A DNA stretch of 64,000 bases from Eledone cirrhosa (taxonomy: Eukaryota), in the NCBI GenBank assembly GCA_964016885.1, contig OZ024740.1, positions 287,246,001-287,310,000 of the forward strand, in the 5' to 3' direction. Made by a program: the position numbers and the translations under genes. Every line of letters starts with the position of its first letter. Within the stretch, counting starts at the first letter, position 1. The notes under the pieces were generated by a model. It saw only the letters and a program-made list of their open reading frames with translations. It had not been told where the DNA came from and made no database searches. Below are positions 51,115 through 63,547 of the stretch, piece after piece.

Positions 51115-51212
51115 CTAATTTTAATACGTGACGTATTCTATTCTATAGCGATTAGGTCTTCAAAATGTTTATTATAAACATACAGAATATTTTCGAATAT
51201 TCTATGTCTATA

Positions 51213-51252
<40 letters not shown>

Positions 51253-51319
51253 CTACTGTACGTCTGTATACATATATGTATGTACGTATACATACTTATA
51301 TATATATAATTATATATAT

Positions 51320-51561
51320 ATATTGTTATACTTTGGGAGGGTCATGTTGCCAATAAAAGACACACGCACCAGTTGCTTTCACTTCAATTTATTATAATAA
51401 ATTTATAAATTCCTAAATTTATAAATTTATTATAATAAATTGAAGTGAAAGCAACTGGTGCGTGTGTCTCTTATTGGCAACATGACCCTCCCAAAGTATA
51501 ACAATATCGGTTTCAACACACGTTTTCAGATAAAGAATCTTGCTAAACAAATTCAGAAACG

Positions 51562-51565
<4 letters not shown>
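51320..51565. repeat. Near-perfect hairpin (about 92-bp arms, tiny loop) with about 58-bp one-sided tail, within (TA)n
   Basis: 51320-51411 is the reverse complement of 51416-51507 with about one mismatch. Confidence 0.85.
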
Positions 51566-51600
<35 letters not shown>

Positions 51601-51602
<2 letters not shown>

Positions 51603-52526
51603 TGGAGGGTGCTCTGAAAGTACAGTAGCTAGAGTCAGAACGGGATGGAAAAAGTTCAGAGAGCTTATACCACTATTGGCCGCTAAAGGTTTCTCTCTAA
51701 AAATGAATGGCAGGCTGTATGATGCCTGCATACGAACAGCAATGTTACATGGCAGTGAGACATGGGCCTTGTGTGCAGAGGATATACACAGGCTGGAGAG
51801 GAACGAAGCTTGCATGCTCCGTTGGGTATGTAATGTAATAGTAATATACGTGAACGGCAAAGCATAAATGAACTAAGGGAGAAATTAGGAATAAGAGGGA
51901 TCAGATGTTGTTTACTCGAGAGAAGACTACGTTGGTATGGTCACGTGATGCGCATGAAAGACGACAGCTGTATAAAAAAGTGCAGGGCAATAAAAGTAGA
52001 CGGCAGCCACGGAGTAGGCAGACCCAGAAAAACCTGGGACAAATTGATAAATTCCGACCTCACACACTTACACCTCTCCAAGACAATGTCACTGGACCGA
52101 GATCTTTGGCGCTACACAGTAATACAGAAGACCCGCTAAGTACAAAGCGAAACCTACAGTCAGTAGGTACCTCTTAACAAAAATACACCCCCGTCCCACT
52201 ACCCCCACCCCATCCACACCACCCCTTTCGATGTAAAATTATGTTGGTACAACAACATCCAGTCCGAAATAAATGAGGTCGTGTAGGTGTCACGACAACA
52301 AAAAAAAAACACACAGTCCACGCTGTAATGTGGCCGTATAGGTAACACAGTAAAAACCTCCCTGTCCACACTGTAAACGTGGTTGGTGTTAGGAAGGGCA
52401 TCCATCTGTAGAAAACCCGCCAGACAGTCCTATACGAGCAAGACAACCAATCTTTCCTCAAGTGGGATAATTCCCGTCCAAACCCATGCAAGCGTGGAAG
52501 ATGGACGTTAAACGATGATGATGATA
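51601..52526 (+). mobile_element. 5'-truncated RTE LINE (second subfamily)
   Basis: AAKGFSLKMNGRLYDACIRTAMLHGSETW... with frameshifts; 3'UTR and (ATG)n. Confidence 0.88.
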
Positions 52527-52988
52527 TATTAAAATAACAGATTAAAGTTTAAGCAAAGAATCGCTGCTTTCACTCTTAACGGGATCTTCTGAAACTAAAA
52601 AAATCAATCTGTGAACGCAGAAGTAAATATTTCGAAAAAGGTTACACACTATATATATATACACACACTCTATATACATATATACATACACACACAGGTA
52701 ATGTCATAATGTCGTAATGCAGACAGCCATATATTATAAGGGCGCAACGTTATATCTATGTATCTATCTAAAAGGAAAGACTAAGAATTATAGAGAGAGA
52801 TCGCTAAATCGCCTAATGCGGTCCCTAGGGCATTGAAAATTTGAAATTATTTTTGCTCAAAACACTCACCGGACCATACGTATTACATGTGTAAAGTTTG
52901 AAAAAAGTCGGTTGGGTGGTTCTCGAGTTAGGGGGTCAGACAGACAGACAGACAGACAGACATACATTCTCTGTTTTAGATATATAGA

Positions 52989-53783
52989 CTAGCAGAATGG
53001 CCCAGCGTTTGCTCTTTAATATATTTGATATATATTTATCCTTATTGAGCCACGTGAAATAAATACGTTTATTTATATTTTGTTATTGTGTATGCAAAAA
53101 TATCTGTACACGAATATATAATTATATATATATCTATCTAGCTGTCTGTCAGCTCACTAAAACTTGAGAACCACCCACCCGATTGTTTTCAAACTTTACA
53201 CATGTAATACTTATGCTCCTGTGAATGTTTTGAGCATTAGGCGATTTAGCGATCTCTCTCTATAATTCTTAGTCTTTCTTTTTAGATAGATGCGCCCTTA
53301 TAATATCTGTCTGTATGTCTGGCTGTCTGCATTACGTCATTATGACGCGATCAGTGTGTGTGTGTGTGTGTGTATATATGTATCGTAATGCAGACAGCAA
53401 GACATACACACAGATAATATAAGGGCACACACAAACTCACACACACACGCGCGCACGTACACACACACGCAATAGTTATTCCACTGTCAACTCTCAAAAG
53501 ACGGCGTCTGTCACTCTCTCTCTCTCTCTCTCCCGCTATCCCCCTCTTTTAGTCTGTCTGTTTCTTTCACTTTCATTCTTTCTCTCTGTAACTCGTTCAC
53601 ATTTCTCCCCTCTATCGAAAAACGGTGTGACGAATGGGGAGAAGGAGGAGGAGTAGTTTTGCTCAAAACACTTCCGGGGCCATACGGGTTACATCTGTAA
53701 AGTTTGAAAAAAACGGTTGGGTACTTCTCGAAATTTAGGGAAACAGACACACAGACAGACATCCTCTGTTTTATATATATAGA
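52989..53783 (-). mobile_element. Non-autonomous Helitron, unit 2, containing an inverted Helitron segment (about 53130-53350)
   Basis: Minus strand A|TCTATATATATAAAACAGAG ... CATTCTGCTAG; abuts unit 1 head to tail. Confidence 0.72.
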
Positions 53784-53789
53784 TAATCG

Positions 53790-55985
53790 AATTAAGTAAA
53801 TAATTTATTCGACAAATTTCAATTCTGTTATATAATGTTTGCAATAACAAAAAGAAAAAGAAAGAGGGAAAAAATTAAATAATGAAAGTAAAGAAAAGGT
53901 TTAGGGGAAGGGAAGGGAGAAAGGCAATGTTTAAATAAAAGAAGAGAGGAAAAAAAAACTGTGTGGAAACTTAAGAAGGTATACCAAACAGTACTAAAAA
54001 AAAACAAACAAACAAATCCTTGTTTAAAACAGTAAAGAAAATGTAAAGGAAGGAGTGAACAACTGAGCCAACACTAGAGCAAAAGACAGCAGCGAGGGGT
54101 TCTCTAATGACTTTTGAGGCAAGCCAGCACACTCGCAGCGTTGCCTCGAGTGATGGCGAGGTTAATGCGCTGGAACAGCCAAGCGCCCTCGCGAGATTCG
54201 CCAGTTACCTCTATTAGGCGAGCCGCCAGTGAAGAGAGGAACCTCGTAGTCAACGGCCCGACTCCCCCAAACGTCTCGAAAGCCACAGGCTGAAAAAGGT
54301 AGCTGCCCGACAGATCAGAGTATTTGAGGGTTTTACTCTGCTCGGCTGTGGAAGCTGTGTCTCTCGTCCTAACCGCAGCATCCAGGATGTGGGAGAGAGC
54401 AAAAGAGTCATTAACAGTGACGTCCCAGACAAGGCACCTGCCCCTCGACCAGGGGCACAAGGTAAGGCCGTCAGGTCTTTTGCCGTCACTTCTGGACAAC
54501 CCAGATGGTTCCAAGACTGAGAGGATGTTCGCCCGGGCCAAAGCTCTCTTGAGGATGAGGTTTAGCTCCGTGTGACGTGCGAAGCGGACGGCAAGAAAGA
54601 CCGCGGAGGCCTGTGGAGTTGAGGAGTTTGCCGCATCGGCACCTTAAAACCATGCAGACGTCAGCTCCCTGTTGGAACTAGTCCATGCTGGAGAGGAGAG
54701 GATGCTGTTCACCAGGGTGGATCAAGCGTAGGTGGAGGAAAGGAAGCAGGGGAGAGAGAGGGACGAACACTTACGAAGACCAAGACCCCCAAATCGCTTG
54801 GGCAACGCAACCTGATTGCGGGACTCTGGAGAGAGTCTAACATTGACCAGGCACTCGAGTCTCTCAAAGATTAGGTCGTCGAAGCGTTGGAGGCAGGACG
54901 GAAATCTGTGAGAGGGGCTGACCCTGAGCAGATACAGAAGCTTAGGAATAGACAGGTAGTTCCTGAGTATGAAGAAACCTTGATGAGGTTCGATAACTTC
55001 AATATTCTTCAGCAGCTGCTCAAGGCCAGCCATCTTTGATTGGAAGATTGACTAGAAGGCCAGGTCTGTGATTGGGGCTCCTAAGGAGCACCAAGCCGAC
55101 AGGGGAGGCACCGCGATGGAAGGGAAGGACTCTGCAAACAGGTCGATTAGCTGTTGGTGTTGAGAAGCCGGGTGGTTGAGGATCCAGAGTTCACATTTGG
55201 AGCTATTGACCTGGAGACCTCGGCGGCCAAGCTCCTCAACCATCTTGTTGGCAGTGGTGAGAACCATATCCAGAGTTCCCCCCAAACAGGCGTCGTCGAG
55301 GTACCACACATTGAGTTCCAACTCAACCCCCATCTTGGTGACGTCATCAATGTCCAGTGCAAACAGAGCGGGCCCGAGTGGGTCACCCTGTTGGACTCCT
55401 GAGGCAGAGGTGATGATTTGGTTACCGAAAGAGAGGTAGGAGGGCTCCCGATAAGCCTGCCAATCAAAGTGATAGAGTTGTGGAACCCTCTCTCTTACTG
55501 AGCCGAGGACGACGTCGCGGATGACGGAGTTAAAGGCGTTCCTGAGGTCAAGTTTGAGGATGACCTTGGGGGACGAGGAGGGCAAGTTGGTAAATGCTCT
55601 GGTAGCGTGGACAGCAGCCTCACATCCCAACTTGGTGCCCACCTCCAGCTGGATGAGGGAGAATTCCTCCGCCAGTGAGTCGGAGACCAACAACAAACAC
55701 GCCTTTGCAGTGAGGCGGCGAAGGGTGCAGCCAACCAACTGCAATGGGCCGCATGTCTCCGTTGGGCTTGGTGAGACCAAATAGCTTCGCACCAAAGAAC
55801 AGTGGGCGGATGAACGGGAGAACGTTCACTGAAGAGAACTGATTCACAAACCGAGTCAGACTCTCAAAGAGCTCGAGTCCGGCGTCACCGGCCGATAAGG
55901 AGATACCATACTTGAGGTGTTGAGGACGAAGGCCGTCAATTCCCGCGCCTGACCCAGCGGGGAAGGATGAAATCGCCTTTCTGAT
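53790..55985 (-). mobile_element. 5'-truncated CRE-clade non-LTR retrotransposon (RT plus restriction-like endonuclease), degraded
   Basis: RPIAVG, KLDLRNAFNS, GVQQGDPLGP, WYLDD, LPKRFGGLGL (RT); DGKRPDG...WDVT...K..KY...FETFG (RLE); frameshifts and deletions; GC-rich relative to flanks. Confidence 0.88.
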
Positions 55986-56429
55986 ATTAATTGTGAATGG
56001 ATCATTGATGAATGTGAGTAATGTTTTGACACTATATCAAAACATAAAGTTTGATGCTTTTTAAATACTTCGAGTATTTAATTTATATAGGGAAAATATA
56101 TAATTCGTCACACTTTTGTAATTTTTTATAAAGTTTTCCAGCCACCTCCATCATCAGTTTTATTATTATTATTATTACATCTGTGTAACGTTACCAACTA
56201 TAACAAAAGTATATTACAGTTATATGGCGGTTAACACTAGAGCAGTGATTACCAACAATTTTCCTTACTAAGAAATACATTTATTGACAAGAACTTTACT
56301 ATGGAACACTGACTTTTGAAATGTTTTTCTTCTCAACTAACTCACGAACCGTTTAATTATCTCCCTTTTAAAAGATAACTCTCCTTCTCCTGGCAGCCAT
56401 CACGTTCATCACTCAAACATTTATTCACC

Positions 56430-56578
56430 ATGGCAGAACTTTTATTAGATTCCAATATTCGAGTTTGGGTCTTTCTACCCATTGTTGTCATTACTTTTCT
56501 AGTTGGTATCATAAGACATTACGTCACTATATTACTTTCCTCAGAAAAGAAGTCAGAACTTCAGCAGGTTGCAGACAG
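56430..56578 (+). CDS. EMC3: ER membrane protein complex subunit 3, exon 1
   Basis: [32 protein letters not shown], highly conserved EMC3 N-terminus; CACCATGG Kozak context; GT donor. Confidence 0.96.
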
Positions 56579-56686
56579 GTATATGCAGATTTTTAAAAAA
56601 TTATATTTCTTTGTTATAAATATTCTTTTTTTTTAATTACTGTATTTTGTTATTAATATAATTCTTTAATTATATTTTTTATCTAG

Positions 56687-56744
56687 TCACGCTTTAATTC
56701 GTAGTCGAATATTACGAGAAAATGGCAAATACATTCCTAAACAT
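56687..56744 (+). CDS. EMC3: EMC3 exon 2
   Basis: SHALIRSRILRENGKYIPKH; AG/GTAAGT. Confidence 0.95.
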
Positions 56745-58094
56745 GTAAGTATAACTATATATAGCATTCGATTGATCTGTGTTACATAGGTCCTGTTTAA
56801 CTACATACATCTACAGTCGCGTTTTTAGCATATTGTGTTGTGTGCGTATAATGATTTTTATTTGTATTGATTGGACCAGTATCTTTTTATCCCTTTATGT
56901 ATAACGAAGGAGCGAGACTCTGCGTAATCACTCGAACTATTAGAAATAGTATAAAATGTTCCTCTAACCACACTCTATCATCATAAAAAATAGGAAACAC
57001 TCGTTCGATAGCGTAGTCTTAGATATACTAAGCCAGAATAAATGACAGGCTGGTCACGACCGGAGCCTCTTTGATCGTAAGTGCAGTACCAATGCTGATC
57101 TGTGGTTAAACATCAATAACGTATCTGTGTGTGTGTGTATATATAATTATTATAAGGATTATTTACCCCACTGTTAAGCTTTTATCGTTTGAATGTGTGT
57201 GTGTGTGGAGAGCTTTGTAAAATTTCCATTAACTTCTCAACAACCTATCACGTTGTAATCGCTGATACCATAACACTACGTATTTCACAAAATACCGAAA
57301 TGTAAAAAATCACATTTCTATAAATTTATATTTTTGCCAATTGATACTCCATCAGTTCAATATATGGCAGTGATAGTAGAATTGTATTTACGCTTCGATT
57401 CGAAGCTATGCTTTCTTTTATTTATTTATGTTTGTCTAAGTTTAGTGTTCTGGATGAGAGATCCCTGAGTAATGGGGGAGTTAATTTGTCTTTACTTCAA
57501 GTGAAGAAAGCAAAGTTAATGAAAGAAAAGGAAGAGGCTATATAGCCGGTCCCGGTAAAATAGGCTCACAGGTTATTTAACCGGTAAGAGTGTCAGGCAC
57601 CATGAGTTGCATACTTTTACGGTCTGATTTAAGACAATTTGAAATCTTTTCCACCATCAATTGTTAAAAAACAAGTTAAAATCATTTAGTCGTCTATTCA
57701 TAACATACACTTTGGTTATATACATAAACAGATATAAACAACAGAAGTGCAAACCCACACACATCTATTCTACATATTCATAAATAGACACATACAAAAT
57801 AATTATTAAATACACACACATCTATGAATAATTGAGGAAGGAAGGGGCTGGTGAAACACTATAGCGATATATGTGTTGCGTCCCTTTAGGGTTTACCGGC
57901 TACATAGCCTATTCGGAAAGAAAATACATAGACCTGACTAAGACTTTCAGATAATAAAATAATTCAGTTAAATGTATTGTCTGTTTAAGAAGATTGCTGT
58001 ATCTCTTAAAGGGTGGGTAAACTACGGCCAGTGGAAGAATTCGGCGAATTATTAAAAAAAAATAAAAATCAACAAATTTTCGTATATAATACTT

Positions 58095-58275
58095 AATAAT
58101 TGTTTCTACTTTAGGCACAAGGCCAGCACATTACTGGTACTTTATTTTATCGACCCCGTAAGGATGAAAGGCAAAGTTAACCTCGGCGGGATTTGAACTC
58201 AGACTGTAAAGGGACGTAACTATGCTAGAAAGCATGGCGTCCAACCCTCTACCGATACTGCCAATTCACCGCCCT
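58095..58275 (-). mobile_element. Family B SINE with target-site duplication
   Basis: TATATAATACTTAATAAT on both flanks. Confidence 0.82.
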
Positions 58276-58744
58276 TATATAATACTTAATAATGTTTTGT
58301 AATGTACAGACACAAATTAAAAGCAAACTTTGTTTTAAGATTTTTGTATTTAATAATTTTATTAATTTATGTATTATAATGATGCAGTTTATATTTTATA
58401 TTTTCTAAATTCTAACTGAAGAAAAGTAAGGTTACTATATCCAATAGTAAATGGTGCGGCCCTCTGGTGGTCATGACCCAGTCAATGTGACCCCCGTTCC
58501 AAAAAGTTTGTCTATCCCTGTCTTAGAGAATAAGAAAAAGTAATATGTGAAGTTTCTATTATTGAAAATGATATTTTCTTGAAAATTAATAGTTCCGTTC
58601 TTTCCTTTGCCGTAACTATAACAATATAATTTTTGCAATTCTCACTATTTAAAAAAAAGTTACAAAAAGTTAAAATATGATGCGTGCATCATATTTTTGT
58701 TACTTATGTGATCTAATTAATGTTGGAAGTAGTTATAATGATAG

Positions 58745-59480
58745 TATAGTAGCTGGAATAAAGAGGAGTTGGAAAACCTTTAGGGAGTTGTTATCTCTGT
58801 TGACAACAAACAGGTCTCTCTCTCCAAACACACATATATATGTGTGCGAAGCATAGAATTTATGAAATGTTTAAGTGATACTGTATAGTAGTGAGATATG
58901 GGTGTTGAATGTGGAAGAATTATTGAGGCTAGAGAGAAGGGAATTGAGTATGATCTGTTGAATGTGTGGTGTTAACATGTATAAAAGAGGGAACACAAAT
59001 GAGATGAGAGTCCAGGTGAGCGTTAAAGGCATTAGCTCCACCTCGTCACATGCCCCTAGATCCCAATCCCCACCAAGTCCCCAGCCTACTGTAAAGTGGT
59101 TGTGATTGCAACACGACAAAAAGCGCCCAGCCAACACTGTAAAGTGGTTGTGTAGGTGTCACAACAAAAAACACCCAGCCCACACTGTAAAGTGATTGTG
59201 TAGGTGTCACAACAAAAAGCACCCAGCCCACACTGTAAAGTGATTGTGTAGGTGTCACAACAAAAAGTGCCCAGCCCACACTGTAAAGTGGTCATGTAGG
59301 TGTCATGATAAAAAGCACTCAGCTCACAATGTAAATGTAGTTGGTGTTAGGAAGGGCATCCAGCTATAAAACCAAGCCCAAACCAGTTCCGTTTGAGCAA
59401 GACATGGTCCTCAAACCTGGCTCGTCTAACCCTTACTAGCATGGAAAAATGGATGTTAAACGGTGGTGATAATGATGATG
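58745..59480 (+). mobile_element. Degraded RTE LINE 3' fragment
   Basis: Remnant resembling WKxFRELL, then about 47-bp repeats and (ATG)n tail. Confidence 0.7.
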
Positions 59481-59801
59481 TAGTAAATGAGGTGGCTTCT
59501 CTGGCATGAACATATATCATAGATTGATAATGATTGCAAGGTGATAAAATACAGTGTGTAACAGCAGAAAGTTCTTGTGACAGAGGGAGTACTGAGTTCA
59601 GATCTCAGAATATTTGGTCTTATGAACTTTCCAACCCATGCTAGATTTGAAAATCAGACGGTTAAAACATTGATTCTATTAAACAATGGAAGTCTTTATT
59701 AATTTATTTGTTACATATTAATATTAATACATGTAAACTAATAATAACCTCTATTTAATACGTATAATATTTGAAATCAACGTTTTCTTTATCATTTTCA
59801 G

Positions 59802-59895
59802 GCCTTTAATATGCGTAAAAGTTTCTTCAATGATGAAGATAGAGGCTTCTTTAAGACACAGAAAAGGGAAGCAACTGTCAAAAATCCAATGACAG
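59802..59895 (+). CDS. EMC3: EMC3 exon 3
   Basis: AFNMRKSFFNDEDRGFFKTQKREATVKNPMT; CAG/GTAAG. Confidence 0.95.
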
Positions 59896-60335
59896 GTAAG
59901 ATATGGTGACAATGTGATTAGAAATTCACATTTCCAGACCTTTTTCATGTGTTTTGATAATCCCAAATGTAAAATTTACCAAACATAGTGCATCTTTTGT
60001 ATTTTTTCTTTTTGCAAAGAGCTTATTCAAAAACAGTCATCACCACCATCATCATCATCGTATTACATGTTTTTTCCATGCTAGCATGGGTTCAACACAA
60101 CTTTATTGAGGCCCTTTCTGATGTTAACCGATGCTTGATTTTTAAGTAAAGTACTGATTTTCACACATTGAACTGCTGAGCTGCAGGACATAAACAAATG
60201 TCAGCACTAGCAGTATCAACTATGAAGGCACAGAGACTAATACACATGTGTATATATAATTTATGTATCTTTGTAGTACAAACATGGTATAAAAATCCAA
60301 GGCTTTAGAGCACGCGGTCCATAGATAGAGTTAAG

Positions 60336-60499
60336 TATAATCAGTTACAACAGTCACATATACAGATACTTAAGTTTCGTTGGGTTGTTTACTCCAACTC
60401 ATTAGCCTATCATAATAAAGAAAAAAAATGAATGAGTTGGGGTAAACAACACAATGAAACTTAAATATCTGTATATGTCACTGTTGTAACTGATTATAC
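60336..60499. repeat. Imperfect inverted repeat, about 68-bp arms
   Basis: GTATAATCAGTTACAACAGT...CCAACTCATT pairs with AATGAGTTGG...ACTGTTGTAACTGATTATAC. Confidence 0.75.
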
Positions 60500-60894
60500 A
60501 CATCATCATCATTTAACGTCCATCTTCCACGTTAGCATGGGTTAGACAGTTTTGTTCGATTTGCTGCGGGATTGGTCGGGAGACCATGTCTCGCTCGTAT
60601 GGAAGTGTCTCTGGCAGGTTTTCTACGGTCTTTCCTAACACCAACCACCTTTACACAGTGTGGACTGGGAGCCTTTTTACTGTGTCTCCTACCTGACCAC
60701 CTTACAGTGTGGACTGGGCGCTTTTTGTTTTATCATCGACACTGGACGGCAATGGGAGGGTGGTGTGTATATTGGGTTAAGGGGTACCTACTGACTAGGT
60801 TTGTATGTAAGGGAAAACAGGTCTTCTGTACAACTGCATGGCACCAAAGATCTTAATCCAGTCTTAGAGAGGTGTATGTGAGCATATATATATA

Positions 60895-61245
60895 TCATCA
60901 TCACCGTTTTATGTCCGTTCTTCCACGCTAGCATGGGTTAGATGGGTTGTCCTGTTGTGGGCAGTGTCCGGTCGGCTTATCTTGTCTTGCTCATATAGGA
61001 ATTGATTCTGGCTTGATTTCTACAGCTGGGTGCCCTTCCTAAGACCAACCTCATTTACAGTGAGTGTTGGGTGCTTTTTTTTTTTTCCGTGGCGCCTACA
61101 CATCCACTTTACATTGTGGGCTGGGTGATTTTTTTGCAATGGAATGATAGGGACCCCAGTCCTATCATCTCATTTCTACAGCTGAGTAAACTGGAACAAT
61201 TTGAAATAAAGTGTCTTGCTCAAGGAAACAACACACCACCCGGTA
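60895..61245 (-). mobile_element. Family A SINE, 5'-truncated
   Basis: Reverse complement of the 13022 copy lacking the tRNA head. Confidence 0.75.
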
Positions 61246-61267
61246 TGTTTATTTACGGAAATACTTA

Positions 61268-61327
<60 letters not shown>

Positions 61328-62275
61328 TCATCATCGTTTTAACATCCACTTTCCCTAGGTTATATACAGTTTCTGTTTTCTGTTAACTAAATTCACTTAC
61401 AAGGTATTGGTTAGTCTGACACTATATTGTACTGCAACATTGTGCCATGTAGTGGAATAGAACCTGAATTCATGTGGTTATGAAGTGAACTTCTTAACCA
61501 CACAGCCATGCCTCATGCTTATTAATCAGTATGTTTATCATTTGATTGAAGGTTAATATTTTATTTGTATACATATATAATTGTATTACAACTTAGATAA
61601 TAATGCTTGTTCTTATTGTCAATGTGGTTATCAATAACTGGACTGCTGAGGCAAGATGGTCAAGTTGGTGTGGTATTGCTTATAAATCATGAATTCAGAT
61701 CCACTTCAGGAGTCTTGTTGGTTCTTAACAAAGCACTATTCTTCATTACCCCAGTTCACCTTTATTGTACAATACCTGGAATAAGTACCAGATCATCTGG
61801 TGAATGTTATCTATGATACTCCCTCCCCATTTCATATCCTGCCGTTTTCTAGCAGTTTTTTTCTGAACATTATTACATTTCCAAAGACAGTTTTTTTTTC
61901 ATTCATTTGTGCTTCATTCCTGGCAAGAACAACCTTTAAACCCAAATGTAGACCTAATGTTTTGAACACAACAAAGGACAGATTCATTATTACATAATAT
62001 ATTTTATTCTTTTAAGCTGTGTTATAAATCTCAAATGAATAGAACCAATGTGTAACAATGTTGCAGTTATTACACTGTCATGGAATAATGAGATATCAAT
62101 CAAGATTTTGATTTAAATATAAACACTTTTGTACTGATAGTCTTGTGTATATTGGAACCAGAGCTGTCTCATTTGGGCTGAAGTCCTTAAACATATATAT
62201 TGATGTCTGTATTGTGAACATGAAATTGTTATATTAAAATGTTACGAAATTCACTGTCTTCTCTTGTTACTGTAG

Positions 62276-62380
62276 ATCCCACTATGATGACTGATATGTT
62301 AAAAGGAAATGTCACTAATGTTCTACCAATGATCATTATTGGTGGTTGGATCAACTGGGCCTTCTCGGGATTTCTCACCA
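62276..62380 (+). CDS. EMC3: EMC3 exon 4
   Basis: [35 protein letters not shown]; AG/GTAAGT. Confidence 0.96.
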
Positions 62381-63069
62381 GTAAGTTTTGCTTCAATTTT
62401 TAACTTCTTTCTTCTTGATATTAGAATTTTTTTGCATGTTTTATAATGATCATAACTCTAACAATAACAATATAGGTAGTGTGTTATTTTTGTTATAATC
62501 ATTTTAGTCTGTGGAAGAGGAGCAGTGACTATGAGCACTGCAAACATTCCCATGGGTTGATGTTCAGCTTGAATTTATATATGTTGATTCCTGTAGGGAT
62601 TTGAAAAATAGATGTTTTTTTTTGTTTTTTTTTTAGAAATTATTAGTTGAAGCATGACATGAGATGTGAGACATAATAGGAATGACAAGAGTATAGGAGA
62701 GATAATCAGGAAAGTTGGACAAGACTGATATACAACTGGTTTTTCAGAGAAGCAGGAACTGTAATAGTATAAGAAGGGATAGGAGGAGGACACAGCAAAT
62801 TGTAGTAATGTTTTGGTAGGTGATGGGCAGTTTTGGGATATAGTCAACAATGTGTGTACTGCAACAATAGTAACAGCATCACATCTCAGATACTGGAACA
62901 GTACTCTGATATAGGTAATATTTATGTCTTGTAGAGGGTTAGCAACTCTGACATAGAAATATAGAATATTAATTACATTGGTCTGGCTGAACTTCAGCAT
63001 TTCAGCAGTGTTTATCTGGTCATCTTTGTATTTACTTTAAGACATATTGTCACAAGAGTGGGTACTTAG

Positions 63070-63274
63070 CCCTTTAGCATTCACATTACTCTATATTTAC
63101 TATTGTATAATCATGGTAAAGGCTTTATCTCACATAATCTCAAGTTTACAAGATTTTGATGATGTTATTGTTTAAGAAGAATATCTTAGCGTCGGTGTGA
63201 GCTGCTGGTTAGGGTTGGTTTCAAAAGAGAGAAACTATTCTGGTCAGATACAGCCAGTTTGAATGCTTAAAGGG
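63070..63274. mobile_element. piggyBac-type MITE
   Basis: CCCTTTAGCATT ... AAAGGG-TTAA. Confidence 0.72.
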
Positions 63275-63465
63275 TTAAAACGCATAATCTAGATTTAAAA
63301 TCCAATAGATTAGTCTAAACACAACTTCATTCTATTTCATTTTAGGACATTTACCTAATATTTTCTAATAATAATATCTCACTAAACTTTGACTTATTCT
63401 TCACCTTAAACATGTTATATTAAATAAATTACCTAGTTTTAATTCTCATTACAATTGTGTTTCAG

Positions 63466-63547
63466 CAAAAGTACCGTTTCCTCTCACATTACGTTTTAAA
63501 CCCATGTTGCAACGTGGTATTGAACTTGTATCATTGGATGCATCCTG
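63466..63547 (+). CDS. EMC3: EMC3 exon 5 (gene continues beyond window)
   Basis: [28 protein letters not shown]; CAG/GTGAGT. Confidence 0.96.

Larger units (their letters stand above)
49661..51210 (+). mobile_element. Tandem array of five 310-bp units, each with a hammerhead ribozyme (non-LTR retrozyme-like)
   Basis: Units start at 49661, 49971, 50281, 50591 and 50901; identical by eye; flanked by (TA)n; no meaningful ORF. Confidence 0.85.
47374..52988 (-). mobile_element. Non-autonomous Helitron, unit 1, inflated by nested insertions
   Basis: Minus strand begins TCTATATATC (52988) with a (TCTG)n tract and ends GC-rich stretch + CATTCTGCTAG (47374); both ends homologous to unit 2. Confidence 0.7.

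Noticed and set aside
62575-63000. 141-aa minus-strand ORF in an EMC3 intron
   Set aside because: No recognisable motif; spans poly-T tracts; probably chance or very old repeat debris
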